From Candidatus Levybacteria bacterium RIFCSPLOWO2_02_FULL_37_18 (GTDB lineage: Bacteria > Patescibacteriota > Microgenomatia > Levybacterales > UBA12049): 64,000 nt of DNA. The notes below the pieces were generated by a model, which did no database searches, was not told the DNA's origin, and saw only the letters and a program-made list of their open reading frames with translations. The position numbers and the translations under genes are program-made. Below, piece by piece: positions 1-10,137 of the stretch (positions are counted from its first letter, which is position 1; each line of letters starts with the position of its first letter). The stretch covers positions 30,244 to 94,243 of the forward strand of contig MFPD01000019.1 of the NCBI GenBank assembly GCA_001784115.1, written 5' to 3'.

Positions 1-874
1 GGATAAGCAATGCAGGTTTTTTTGTATATATAAACTCAGATATACTATTCATCCCCGCTCTTGATATAACCAGATCAGCTAATTTTAAAATATATCCGGT
101 TTGGTTAGGGCTAATAAAACGGACGGGAATATACCTATGGCTCTTTCTTTTTTCAAGCCTTTCAAAATCGGCAAACTTCTGGGCATCTCCTGTTTGATGA
201 ATAATTCGATACTTTTTTAAAAGCTTTGACAAGCATGCTTCAACTGCAAGATTTATTCCATGCGACCCAAGACTCCCTCCTGTAATATACACTACCGGGT
301 CTGAAAGACTGAGAAATTCTTTCGTAATATAGTCAGGAACAGACAAGGAGGGACTCATAATTTCCTGTCGTATCGGGTTTCCCGTTAGTACGGTTTTTTC
401 CTTAGGATAGCATGCTTCTGACTCCTTAAAAGATATACATATAGCTTTTGCCACATAAGAAATAATTTTGTTTGAAAGCCCAATTCCCAGCGTTTGCTCA
501 TGAATAACAATAGGAATTCTTAGAAAGAAAGCAGCAATACACACCGGAACCGTAACATATCCTCCTGTTGCAAATACTACATCTGGCTGAAAAGTTGAAA
601 GCATATAAAATGATTGAACAAGCCCAATTGGAATTTTAAGAAGAGAGGCGAAAGTATAACGAGTAAAAGTCCTCTGAAGCCTTCCAGCGATAAGGGGTTT
701 AAATTTTATACCATATTCCTTGGCTGTTTTATATTCTAAGGAAAGTGTTTTCATTCCCTCCAAAGAATATTTTCTCCCGATTATCAAAATATCAGTATCC
801 TTGGAAAGCTGTTGATAAACTGATAAGGCTGGTGCAAAATGTCCTCCGCCTCCGGCTGTAATAATAAGTTTCAT
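1..874 (-). CDS. murG: MurG, lipid II GlcNAc transferase (3' part runs off the window)
   Basis: Not in the ORF track. Manual translation from ATG at 874 gives MKLIITAGGGGHFAPALSV, then GGYV, HEQ, TGNPIR, TGGSLGS and HQTG motifs. ATGA overlap with the ftsW stop. Confidence 0.93.
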   Translation of the reverse strand, partial: MKLIITAGGGGHFAPALSVYQQLSKDTDILIIGRKYSLEGMKTLSLEYKTAKEYGIKFKPLIAGRLQRTFTRYTFASLLKIPIGLVQSFYMLSTFQPDVVFATGGYVTVPVCIAAFFLRIPIVIHEQTLGIGLSNKIISYVAKAICISFKESEACYPKEKTVLTGNPIRQEIMSPSLSVPDYITKEFLSLSDPVVYITGGSLGSHGINLAVEACLSKLLKKYRIIHQTGDAQKFADFERLEKRKSHRYIPVRFISPNQTGYILKLADLVISRAGMNSISEFIYTKKPALLI

Positions 875-1941
875 AGTTTAGACTGTCTTGATATATTTAA
901 TAATATTCCAACCGAACAAAGATCAACAACAAGAGCAGATCCCCCATAAGAGATAAAAGGAAGCGGAACACCAGTAAAGGGAATAAGTGCAGTTTGCGCT
1001 CCTAAATTAATGAGCATTTGAATTGCTAAAAAAGATGTAATTCCTCCGGCAAGAAGTTTTCCAAATTTGTCGCTCGTTTTTGCAGCAATGGCAAATCCTC
1101 TCCAAATAAAAAGAATAAACGAGAAGATAAGTACCAACGAGCCAATCAGCCCTATTTCTTCGGCTATTATAGCAAATATTGAATCCGTTGTGTTTTCGGG
1201 AAGGTATGCATATTTTTGCAGGGAATTTCCTAAACCTACACCCGTTATCCCACCCACTCCCAAAGCAATAAGGATTTGTTTTACATGATAAGATGAATTC
1301 TCCAAAGACTCACCAACATTCATAAACGCTGTAAGTCTAGCCAAGCGATATGGTTCGAACTTGATAAGTAAAAAGCCCACTATTGCCACAATAGGAACAA
1401 CGAAAGCAAAATGCATAATACTTCCCCCGGAAAGGAAATAGATTAATACTGCTTCAAATAATATTATACCTGCTGTTCCCATATCCGGTTCGAGCATAAC
1501 CAGTATGAGAACAAATCCCAATAATAACAAAAAAGCTAAAAACCTTCCTTTTTCTTTGTGAGAAAACCAAGCCGATAAATAAATCGTCAGTGCTAATTTT
1601 ACAAATTCCGCAGGCTGAATGAGGAAAAAACCAGTATTAATCCATCTCCGTGCCCCTAAGAGTAAAACGCCAATTCCAGGAAAAAAAACGAGAATAAGAA
1701 GGATAATTGCTGCGATAAGTAAAGGGAGAGAAAGGTTATAAAGTTTTTTATAGTTATAGTACGAAAAAAAGCTCATCCCGACAAAACCGATAACGCTCCA
1801 CAAAGACTGATCTCTTATATAATGGTATTTATCACCAAAATCCCTAAAAGAAATAACAGAAGAAGCTTCAAAAATCATGAGTAACCCAAAAAGCGTAAGA
1901 AATATAACAATAAGAAGTAAAAAAATGTCTACTTTTTTCAT
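871..1941 (-). CDS. ftsW: SEDS peptidoglycan polymerase FtsW
   Basis: GARRWI, QPAEFVK, EPDMGT, YLPENTTDSIF and GVPLPFISYGGS motifs; dcw context. Confidence 0.93.
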   Translation of the reverse strand: MKKVDIFLLLIVIFLTLFGLLMIFEASSVISFRDFGDKYHYIRDQSLWSVIGFVGMSFFSYYNYKKLYNLSLPLLIAAIILLILVFFPGIGVLLLGARRWINTGFFLIQPAEFVKLALTIYLSAWFSHKEKGRFLAFLLLLGFVLILVMLEPDMGTAGIILFEAVLIYFLSGGSIMHFAFVVPIVAIVGFLLIKFEPYRLARLTAFMNVGESLENSSYHVKQILIALGVGGITGVGLGNSLQKYAYLPENTTDSIFAIIAEEIGLIGSLVLIFSFILFIWRGFAIAAKTSDKFGKLLAGGITSFLAIQMLINLGAQTALIPFTGVPLPFISYGGSALVVDLCSVGILLNISRQSKL

Positions 1942-1974
1942 GAAGACACTATTATTATTAATAGTAAGGCAGAC

Positions 1975-2985
1975 TTACTTGATGAAAGCCACATAGAGTC
2001 CCAAAACAGCGAAGAAAAATCCCAAAAGCCATGCCCGCATTACAATTTTTGGCTCTTCCCATCCTCTGTTTTGTAAATAAAGATGAAGCGGCGCAACTGT
2101 TAAAATTTTTCGTTTTAAGAACCTTTTTCCAATAAGTTGTACAAGAGATGAACCAACTTCAAGAATAAATACACCCCCAATAACAGCCAATGCTATTGTT
2201 TTTCCGGTTAAAAGCCCTGTAACTGCTAAAATTGCTCCCAAAGCCAAAGATCCTACATCTCCCAACCAAATCCTCGCTCTATAAATATTAAAATATAAAA
2301 ATGCTGCAACGCTCCCTACGATAACTGCAATAAAAATACCCAAAAAATTATCAAGCTGAGAAGAAGAAATTGACAAGAAGGCAAGCATGCAAATTAAAAA
2401 AAGACCGCTTGATAATCCGTCTAACCCGTCGGCAATATTAAATGCGTTAACAAAAGAAACAATTACGAATGCAGCAAAAGGAATAAACAATATCCCTATA
2501 TTTGCCAGTCCAAATCCGTGAATATAAATGAAATTAAAACCCAGTTTATAATAAAAAATAGCACCGATAATAAATGCTAATATCCACTGCAGAGCAAATT
2601 TATACCTAAACCGCATGCCAAAAAAAGCTAGTCTTTTACTCCCTGTTAATTTTTTAAGATCATCATGTAATCCTAAAATTCCAAAACTTATAAAGGAAAA
2701 TAAGAGTACAAAAAGTTCCCATAATTTTATTTCTGTCCCCAAAATCCCGTACGCCCATAATGTTAAAATAGAAACCACCACAATGATTAATATTCCGCCA
2801 CCGAACGGAGTTCCAACTTTCCATTGATTATGCGTGTCAAATATGGGAGTTCGTTTATTAAACGGATCTTTTGTTATCTGTTTTTTTCTTCTAATTTTTA
2901 GCTTATAGAGAAAATCTATAAATGGAATGAGTAAAATACCGCTTATAAAAAAAGAAAGGATTGTCAAACCCAAGAGTTGTGCCAT
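1975..2985 (-). CDS. mraY: Phospho-N-acetylmuramoyl-pentapeptide transferase
   Basis: GTPFGGG, LHDD, NAFNIADGLDGL, WLGDVGSLALG and APLH motifs. Confidence 0.95.
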   Translation of the reverse strand: MAQLLGLTILSFFISGILLIPFIDFLYKLKIRRKKQITKDPFNKRTPIFDTHNQWKVGTPFGGGILIIVVVSILTLWAYGILGTEIKLWELFVLLFSFISFGILGLHDDLKKLTGSKRLAFFGMRFRYKFALQWILAFIIGAIFYYKLGFNFIYIHGFGLANIGILFIPFAAFVIVSFVNAFNIADGLDGLSSGLFLICMLAFLSISSSQLDNFLGIFIAVIVGSVAAFLYFNIYRARIWLGDVGSLALGAILAVTGLLTGKTIALAVIGGVFILEVGSSLVQLIGKRFLKRKILTVAPLHLYLQNRGWEEPKIVMRAWLLGFFFAVLGLYVAFIK

Positions 2986-3035
2986 AGAAACGTATTATAT
3001 CCTGAATTATCAAAATATACAATTTAATATCCTTA

Positions 3036-4049
3036 TTAATATCCTTTCTTTATTTTCCTAAGATATTCTATCGTGTATGTTTTCCAGTATAAAAAACTCA
3101 GTGGTAAATCTTTTGCGTGGACAAATTCTTTTTTATATCCTCCAAATCCTGTTTTAAAAAGTGTCAACCCTTGCCATGGATGATTCGTCTTTTCTTCTGG
3201 AGCAATACCCCAAAAATTGTATAAAGGAATTTCTCTTTTTTTAGCCTCTAAAATCGCGTGCCATTGAATCAAATAAGAAGCTGGGATATTACTGTATTTT
3301 TCCGAAGAAGTGGAATGGTGATAAATCGCCATTTTAGGGGTATAAAGAATAACCGAAGAAGATATAATTTCTCCCGCGAATTCAGCACTTATTAAAACAG
3401 CTTGGTTATCTTGACTAAATATTTCGAATTCTTCCCGTATTCCTTTATGAGGAGTAAAATGTTTTCTGTGTGAAAAACTATTGTAAAATTTAATAAATCT
3501 ATCGATATCGGATACAGTAGTTGTCTGAGTAATTTTTATGTCCATAGCCTGAGCTTTTCGAATCAAATATCTATGCGTCTTCCTCATGCTTTTAAGGAGT
3601 TCTTCTTCAGATTTTGTAATATCAAGCACCCAGCAGACTTCTGCGTCCTGATTATGAATTGGCGCATTGATTAACTTTTTTTGTGAAAATATTAAACTTT
3701 TAGCTGGGTTCTTTTCGATAAATGGACTAACTCGAATAAACCTTATACCCTTTTGTTTTCCTTTACTGCTCAAATAATCAAGAAGAAAATTAACGTTATC
3801 TTGGGTATATTCCAAAAACACCGGACCGTGTCTAAGGTGAAAAAATCTCCCCCTCCGCGCCGCAACATCTACAAGCAAACATATCCCTATAAGTTTATCT
3901 GAATCAAAAATCCCAATTCTTTCAATCTTAAATCCCAATTTTTTTTGCACCTCTCCCCAATTCCACGATTGGAATAACGGATAAAATTCAATCTTGTTTA
4001 AAAAATCCTCCCAGGCTTTTTTATTTTCAATTTCTTTAATTTTCAACAT
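3036..4049 (-). CDS. FemABX-family tRNA-dependent peptidoglycan cross-bridge aminoacyltransferase
   Basis: LFQSWNWG, HGPV, YNFWGI and GLTLFKTGFGG motifs. Confidence 0.88.
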   Translation of the reverse strand: MLKIKEIENKKAWEDFLNKIEFYPLFQSWNWGEVQKKLGFKIERIGIFDSDKLIGICLLVDVAARRGRFFHLRHGPVFLEYTQDNVNFLLDYLSSKGKQKGIRFIRVSPFIEKNPAKSLIFSQKKLINAPIHNQDAEVCWVLDITKSEEELLKSMRKTHRYLIRKAQAMDIKITQTTTVSDIDRFIKFYNSFSHRKHFTPHKGIREEFEIFSQDNQAVLISAEFAGEIISSSVILYTPKMAIYHHSTSSEKYSNIPASYLIQWHAILEAKKREIPLYNFWGIAPEEKTNHPWQGLTLFKTGFGGYKKEFVHAKDLPLSFLYWKTYTIEYLRKIKKGY

Positions 4050-5268
4050 ACTGATGTAATAATGATATAATCCTTTTTGCGTCAGAGATGTTGGTGGTAG
4101 GATTTGTCGGCAAGTTTATAACTTTTGTTGCGATTGATTCTGCCAGAGGACATGATCCGGGAGTATAAAAAATCTTTTTGAAATCTACTCCTTTCGGGTC
4201 AATTACAGATGAATACCAATTTCCAAGATATACATTATTACTTCTAAACAGGTTTAATAGTTGCTCTTTTCTCTCAGAGAGAATAGGAAATCTTAGAAAA
4301 GGAATTATTTTTTCAACAGGTAACGTAACGCTTGTATTTTTGAGTTCTTTGACATAAAAGGAGGATATTTTTTGTCTTTTTGAATTAAACTCTTTCATTC
4401 TTTTTAATTGAAAAAGCGCTAAAACAGCTAAGGCATTTGGGAGTTTTTTAAAAATATCAAAACGCACTCCTCCTACTTTTTCTTCCCATGAGACAGGAAA
4501 TGAAAGAAAATGCAGTTTTTGAAATAAAACGAGAATAAGTTTCCCCAAACCGCTTGTATAAACTGGTAATATAAAAGAGAATGCAACCGGATGAAGCAAT
4601 TGTTGTATTACCCACCATCTGGATGGGTACGATAATGTTTGTTGATAATCCCGAATTTTTCTGCCTAAGTCTTTAGCACTCGTTATTACCATTCCTCCAA
4701 ATACACTCGAAAATGCCTTATCTCTGCCAAAACTAAAAAAACTCGCATCAGCATATGTTCCCAATTTTTTATTTTGATAGGTTCCTCCAATCGTATGTGC
4801 ACAATCTTCAATGACATATATATTAAGTTTTTTTGCAATTTTTTGGATAGAAGACATGTCTGTTGGAATTCCAAACGTATGCTGCACAATAATTGCTTTT
4901 GTTTTTTTAGTAATTTTTTTTTCTAGATTTTTTATATCAATGGTCAAAGAAGAATCAATGTCTACATAAACAGGCGTTGCTCCTGCCCAAATAACCGAAT
5001 TAGGAACAGCTACACAGGTAAACGCTTGAAGCAATACTTCATCTCCAGTGCCTATATCCAAAGACTTAAGTATCGCAAACAAAGCAGTTCTCCCGCTTGC
5101 AAACGAAACAGCCTGAGTTACTCCGAAATAATCACAAAACCATCTCTCAAGCTTATGTATTGATTCTCCTTTTATTTGCTTGCCGGGTGAAAAAATTAAA
5201 CTCACTGCACAAAACACGTCTTGTAAAGAAGTATTGGGAGATAGTGAAATTGCAATTAAGTGCTTCAT
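4036..5268 (-). CDS. DegT/DnrJ/EryC1/StrS PLP-dependent aminotransferase family protein
   Basis: SGRTAL, GDEVL, QHTFG, IEDCAH and FSFGRDK (PLP lysine) motifs. Confidence 0.88.
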   Translation of the reverse strand: MKHLIAISLSPNTSLQDVFCAVSLIFSPGKQIKGESIHKLERWFCDYFGVTQAVSFASGRTALFAILKSLDIGTGDEVLLQAFTCVAVPNSVIWAGATPVYVDIDSSLTIDIKNLEKKITKKTKAIIVQHTFGIPTDMSSIQKIAKKLNIYVIEDCAHTIGGTYQNKKLGTYADASFFSFGRDKAFSSVFGGMVITSAKDLGRKIRDYQQTLSYPSRWWVIQQLLHPVAFSFILPVYTSGLGKLILVLFQKLHFLSFPVSWEEKVGGVRFDIFKKLPNALAVLALFQLKRMKEFNSKRQKISSFYVKELKNTSVTLPVEKIIPFLRFPILSERKEQLLNLFRSNNVYLGNWYSSVIDPKGVDFKKIFYTPGSCPLAESIATKVINLPTNPTTNISDAKRIISLLHQYVEN

Positions 5269-5285
5269 AGTAAATTCTTGAGTAA

Positions 5286-6953
5286 TTATTTCCTTACCAA
5301 TTTTTTAAATGCATTTGAGGATTCTCTCCCTTCGAATACCACGATATCTTCTTTTTCCAAATTTTTATCTATAAACTCTATAATTTCAGAAGGATCTCCC
5401 ACAGCAACAATGCATTTTCCACCGCTGTCTTCAACTCCTCGAACTATGGAATTATAATAATTTTCATTGGTTAAAAATAACATATCACATACTCTGCCTA
5501 TTTCTTGCGCTATCCTATAATGATCTTCAGAAGCGTTTTTACCTAGTTCTATCATAGGTTGCAATACAAATATTTTTTTCTGGGTTTTATAATACGAGTC
5601 GGATTTATAATGTTTAACATATTTTAAAATAGCCAAAATTCCTTCCGGATTGGAATTGTGTGTATCATCAATACATATAATTCCACGTACATCTCTTGTG
5701 ATAGTCATTTTTGATGATAACCCTACAAGTGAAAATACTGCGTCTCGTATTTCGCTTGAAGGCAATCCTAAATAATCCGCAATAAAAATTCCTGGAAGAA
5801 TATTTTCTATATTATGTCTCCCTATAACGTTTGCTCTCAGATTCGTAATTCGCTTTTTATAACCTCGCTCAACTGAATAAATCTGTACATCAAATACTAC
5901 AAACGTCTTTCCATGGGAAACATTATAGGCGACAATACTTGAAGAATCTTTTTGAAATAAACTAGCAGAATCCTCGGTGCGATAAAATACTTTCATTTTT
6001 TTTGACTCAGGTGTGACTCGATGCAATAATTTTCGTACATATTCATTGTTTGCATTAAAAAACCCCAAACCATTTTTTGGTAAAGAATCAATAAGTTCGT
6101 ATTTTGTATCCATTGTATTAATAAGATTACCAAAAAGAGATAAATGCTGATTATTAATCCCGGTTAATACCCCGATTTTGGGACGCACAATGTCGCAGAT
6201 CTGTGATATCTCCCCTTTTTTATATGCTCCCATTTCAACTATAAAAATCTCTATATTTTTATCAAGACCTTTATGAATTGTATTGGCAATACCAATTGGC
6301 GTATTATCAGTTTTTTGGGTGTACAGAATTTTAAATTTCTTTTTCAAAATTTGCGCAATAAACTCCTTTGTCGAACTTTTTCCATAACTTCCAGTAACGC
6401 CAATAACCAAAAGCTTTTTATGCGCTTGCAACTTTAAAACTGCTCTTTTTATTCTAAAATCTCGATAGAGCTCAGACGGAAAAGAAAAGAAAAAAATAAA
6501 AAAAGCAACAATGGCAAAAGTAATTTTATCTATAAATAAAAGCCATAAAAACTTATCGGAAAGAGGAACAAAAAGTAATAATACTATTACTGAAAAGGAA
6601 AGAATTACCAACACAAATGATTTAAGTGTAACAACAGGTCTTTTTAGTGCTCTTCCAAATAATTCTTGCAGCACTTTTATTGAGTGAAATAAGTAAATTA
6701 GGAAAACAAAATACTCCAATAAGCTCGCAAGATATACTCTGTGAATTGTCAAAAAATAGAGTGCTATTGCCAACCATTTCAATATCGAACCAATCGATGT
6801 AAACAAATATCTTCCCTGAATTGTTTCTTTCAAGAAGACAATCAGGCGGTCGAGTCGATACTCTTTTATTTGCCACAAAGATACCCAAAAAAGAATATTT
6901 CTTACTATCCAAACAAAATAAACAATAGTCAAAAGATTAAATAATGTATTCAT
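5286..6953 (-). CDS. murF: MurF-like Mur ligase with N-terminal multi-TM extension
   Basis: GVTGSYGKSSTKE, EMGAY, DDTHNSNP and PMIELG motifs; about 160 hydrophobic N-terminal residues. Confidence 0.8.
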   Translation of the reverse strand: MNTLFNLLTIVYFVWIVRNILFWVSLWQIKEYRLDRLIVFLKETIQGRYLFTSIGSILKWLAIALYFLTIHRVYLASLLEYFVFLIYLFHSIKVLQELFGRALKRPVVTLKSFVLVILSFSVIVLLLFVPLSDKFLWLLFIDKITFAIVAFFIFFFSFPSELYRDFRIKRAVLKLQAHKKLLVIGVTGSYGKSSTKEFIAQILKKKFKILYTQKTDNTPIGIANTIHKGLDKNIEIFIVEMGAYKKGEISQICDIVRPKIGVLTGINNQHLSLFGNLINTMDTKYELIDSLPKNGLGFFNANNEYVRKLLHRVTPESKKMKVFYRTEDSASLFQKDSSSIVAYNVSHGKTFVVFDVQIYSVERGYKKRITNLRANVIGRHNIENILPGIFIADYLGLPSSEIRDAVFSLVGLSSKMTITRDVRGIICIDDTHNSNPEGILAILKYVKHYKSDSYYKTQKKIFVLQPMIELGKNASEDHYRIAQEIGRVCDMLFLTNENYYNSIVRGVEDSGGKCIVAVGDPSEIIEFIDKNLEKEDIVVFEGRESSNAFKKLVRK

Positions 6954-7678
6954 AAAAATGATTCAATCGCTTGCATAAATTTTTGAGGATTTTCATACGG
7001 AAGACGATGTCCTTCATTTTTAACGACAACTAATTTTGCACGGGGAATGAGTAGCTCCATTTCCTTAGCATCTATAAGCGGGATAGTTTTATCTTCTTCT
7101 CCCCAGACTAGCAATGTTCGTACCTTTATTTTTGGTAAATCGTGTAGAATACTGACCTGGTATACGTTTTTGAACGTTTTTGAAAGATTTCCCGCTTTGT
7201 AATAATCCATTTCATCAATAGAATAATACACAAGTTTTCGAAAGAATCGGAAAAAGAAAGATATCGGTGAAATAAGAAATAATGGTCGCAGTATCTTGAC
7301 CGTTACAAATACTATCTTTTTTTTAAGAGACGAAAGCGGCCTCGGAATGCCGGAAGCGCCTGTCAAAATGAGTAAGTCAACCTTATCGGCAAACTCGGTG
7401 GCAAACCTGATGGCAACCCTGCCCCCAAATGAATGGCCAAGCAAAACGACCTTTTTGAGTTTATTTTTGGTTATAAATTCATTCACAAACGAAACGTAGT
7501 CCTCAAACTCAAACGATGTTTTACCCAATTGAGAAGCACCAAAACCTGGAAAATCTGGGGTGTAAACCGTATATCCTTTTTTTCCAAGTAACTGTTTGAT
7601 CGCGTCGTATTTTCCTCCGCTTAGTTCTCGTCCCCACCCATGCAAGATTACAATAGGAGATTTTGTAGATGTTTTCAT
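6950..7678 (-). CDS. Alpha/beta hydrolase
   Basis: LHGWG, PGFG, GHSFGG nucleophile elbow, WGEED and GH. Confidence 0.9.
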   Translation of the reverse strand: MKTSTKSPIVILHGWGRELSGGKYDAIKQLLGKKGYTVYTPDFPGFGASQLGKTSFEFEDYVSFVNEFITKNKLKKVVLLGHSFGGRVAIRFATEFADKVDLLILTGASGIPRPLSSLKKKIVFVTVKILRPLFLISPISFFFRFFRKLVYYSIDEMDYYKAGNLSKTFKNVYQVSILHDLPKIKVRTLLVWGEEDKTIPLIDAKEMELLIPRAKLVVVKNEGHRLPYENPQKFMQAIESFL

Positions 7679-9474
7679 TTAACTGTCACACTCTTTGCTA
7701 AATTTCTCGGCTTGTCGGGATCAGATATTCCACGAGAAAGTGCCAAGTTATATGCCAAAACCTGGGCAATAACAACTTGAGGGATAAATGTGGCATCTCG
7801 ACAGTCTTCTGTTGGTAAAAACGCATCAAATACGCTATTATTTTTTGGACCAATTCCAATAATAAATCCTCCACGCGCGGCAATTTCGGCAGCATTAGAA
7901 ATGATATCGTCATATGTTTCATCCAGAGGGGCAATAACTATACATGGCGTGCCTTTTTCAATGAGGGCAATTACTCCATGCTTTAATTCTCCTCCTGCAA
8001 ATCCTTCCGCGTGCATATAACTTGTTTCTTTAATTTTTAGAGATGTTTCTAAAGCAGCTGCATACGATAAACCTCTTCCGATTATATAGATATGCTCTTT
8101 TTTCTTAATTTTTTCTACCACTTTTTTTATTTCTTTTATGTAATTTTCTTTTAATATATCTCTAATGTTTTTTGAGGCTTGATGTAATAGTTTTTTTCCT
8201 TCATTTTGTTTTTTTGCCAATGAAAATGCAGAAAGTAAAAGAATTGCCACCATTGCTGTAAAACTTTTTGTCCCTACTACTGCTTTTTCTGGTCCTGCGT
8301 AAAGAAGAATTTTTTCATCCGCTTGTCTATAAATTGTTGATCCACGTACATTTACAACCGCGGCAATTTTGCTGCTTTTCTCTTTTGCGTGCTCAATAGA
8401 CGAAACAACATCAATTGTCTCTCCGCTTTGCGAAATAGGAATTACCAAGCTTTCTGGAGTTAAATAATCGATCAAATAGGTAAATTCAGATCCAATAGAA
8501 AAGTTAACATGTTTTTTTGCAATTCTAGAAAATAAATACGTGCCGGCAAGCGCTGCATACGAAGCAGTCCCGCATCCAAGCATAAATGTTCCAAATGCTT
8601 TATCGATAAGATTGGCTAATTTGTTTGAATCAGCAAGAGAATTTAATGCAATATATTCAATCACATTTAGCTGTTCATGGATTTCTTTAATAAGAAAATG
8701 TTTATATGCCCCTTTTTCTTCGTCTTCTATCTTCCAATTGATTGTTTCGTACCTTGGCGTAATTTTTTGCCCTCCCGAAAGAGATACTAATTGAATATTT
8801 TTTCCCAAGATAACCATTTCATTGTCTTTTAAAAAGATAACTTTTTTTGTGTGTTTTATTATTCCCGAAGCATCCGAGGCAATATAAAATCCATCTGTTG
8901 CATGCCCCATAACCAAGGGTGAACCGGTTTTGGCAGCTATAATTTCCGAAGAAGGCGCGTAAGCAACCACAATTGCATTGAGTCCTTTTAATCTATTGAA
9001 GGCATCTTTTACCGATGAGGCAAATCCTTCTTTTTTTAAGTATTCTTCAATAAGATGCGGAATAACTTCTGTATCTGTTTGGGAAGTAAACACGTGCCTC
9101 TTTTTCACCAACTCATGTTTAATTTCCTGAAAATTTTCAACAATTCCATTATGAATAACCGCAATTTCTTTTTTGCAATCTAAATGGGGATGTGCATTTT
9201 CGACAGTCACACCTCCATGAGTTGCCCACCTCGTGTGCCCCAAAGCAAGCTGCGAACTATTAGCTGAAAGCTCGGAGCTAAGCTCTGCATTTCCAATTTT
9301 GCCAACATGCTTTTCAAGTGTGAATTTTGAATTTTGAATTTTGAATTTTGAATTTTGAATTCTTGACGCTATTCCCCATGAATCATATCCTCTGTATTCT
9401 AAAAGTTTTAACCCCTCCAAAACCTTCTGAGAAGCTTTATTGTCAGAACCGACATATGCAAATATTCCGCACAT
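7675..9474 (-). CDS. glmS: Glutamine-fructose-6-phosphate aminotransferase
   Basis: MCGIF, LEYRGYDS, HTRWATHG, SQSGET and PRNLAKSVTV motifs. Confidence 0.97.
   Translation of the reverse strand: MCGIFAYVGSDNKASQKVLEGLKLLEYRGYDSWGIASRIQNSKFKIQNSKFTLEKHVGKIGNAELSSELSANSSQLALGHTRWATHGGVTVENAHPHLDCKKEIAVIHNGIVENFQEIKHELVKKRHVFTSQTDTEVIPHLIEEYLKKEGFASSVKDAFNRLKGLNAIVVAYAPSSEIIAAKTGSPLVMGHATDGFYIASDASGIIKHTKKVIFLKDNEMVILGKNIQLVSLSGGQKITPRYETINWKIEDEEKGAYKHFLIKEIHEQLNVIEYIALNSLADSNKLANLIDKAFGTFMLGCGTASYAALAGTYLFSRIAKKHVNFSIGSEFTYLIDYLTPESLVIPISQSGETIDVVSSIEHAKEKSSKIAAVVNVRGSTIYRQADEKILLYAGPEKAVVGTKSFTAMVAILLLSAFSLAKKQNEGKKLLHQASKNIRDILKENYIKEIKKVVEKIKKKEHIYIIGRGLSYAAALETSLKIKETSYMHAEGFAGGELKHGVIALIEKGTPCIVIAPLDETYDDIISNAAEIAARGGFIIGIGPKNNSVFDAFLPTEDCRDATFIPQVVIAQVLAYNLALSRGISDPDKPRNLAKSVTVK
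9248..9284. repeat. Degenerate AGCTnnn heptamer array inside glmS
   Basis: AGCT at 9248, (AACT 9255), 9262, 9269 and 9276; encodes SSELSANSSQL. Confidence 0.6.
9321..9361. repeat. (TGAATTT)x~6 heptamer array inside glmS
   Basis: Perfect tandem heptamer; encodes IQNSKFKIQNSKF. Confidence 0.95.
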
Positions 9475-9480
9475 AGTTTT

Positions 9481-10137
9481 TTAAGTATTTTTTACTACTT
9501 CTATTGCTTGATCAAAATTATATACAGTTGCCGCTGGACGAAACCAGGGAATTTCCTTTTGATTGTCCGCGAGTCTTCCCCACTTCATCCATATTGTTAT
9601 TACGTTCTTATTCTGAAGAAACGCATGATATAGCATTTCAAGCGTATCATCGACAAAATACATTTTATAGTCTTTATTACTAAATATTGTTTTCATAATG
9701 TTTTTTTTATCTTTGGCGATAAAAATAAAATCCGGATGTAAAAAATGTTCAAAACTTGAAAGTTTGGCCCTTTGATAGGCATCTTCACCCTGAGAAAGAA
9801 TACCTATTTTACCCAATTTTTCTAATTCTTTCAAGCTAGGTATAACATCTGAATATAAATGATCTTCCATTAATACTTTGTTTATCAAAAACTCTCTTAT
9901 AATACTAGCCATTTCTTCTCTTCCAATATGCTTTATAAATTGTTTTATAAACTCCTCCGTATCAAAATAACCACGTTTGGAAATAATGTCCGAACAAACT
10001 TTTTCTGCTAATTTTGATGTATCTTCTACGTGTTCTGCATCAACTAATACTGATGCTATTTTTCCAAAAAGTGCATTTCTGTATAATTGAGTATCAAACA
10101 ATGTATGATCAATATCTAAAAGTACCAGTTTCTTCAT
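9481..10137 (-). CDS. HAD-superfamily hydrolase
   Basis: LLDIDHTL motif I and FVDD motif IV. Confidence 0.8.
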   Translation of the reverse strand: MKKLVLLDIDHTLFDTQLYRNALFGKIASVLVDAEHVEDTSKLAEKVCSDIISKRGYFDTEEFIKQFIKHIGREEMASIIREFLINKVLMEDHLYSDVIPSLKELEKLGKIGILSQGEDAYQRAKLSSFEHFLHPDFIFIAKDKKNIMKTIFSNKDYKMYFVDDTLEMLYHAFLQNKNVITIWMKWGRLADNQKEIPWFRPAATVYNFDQAIEVVKNT

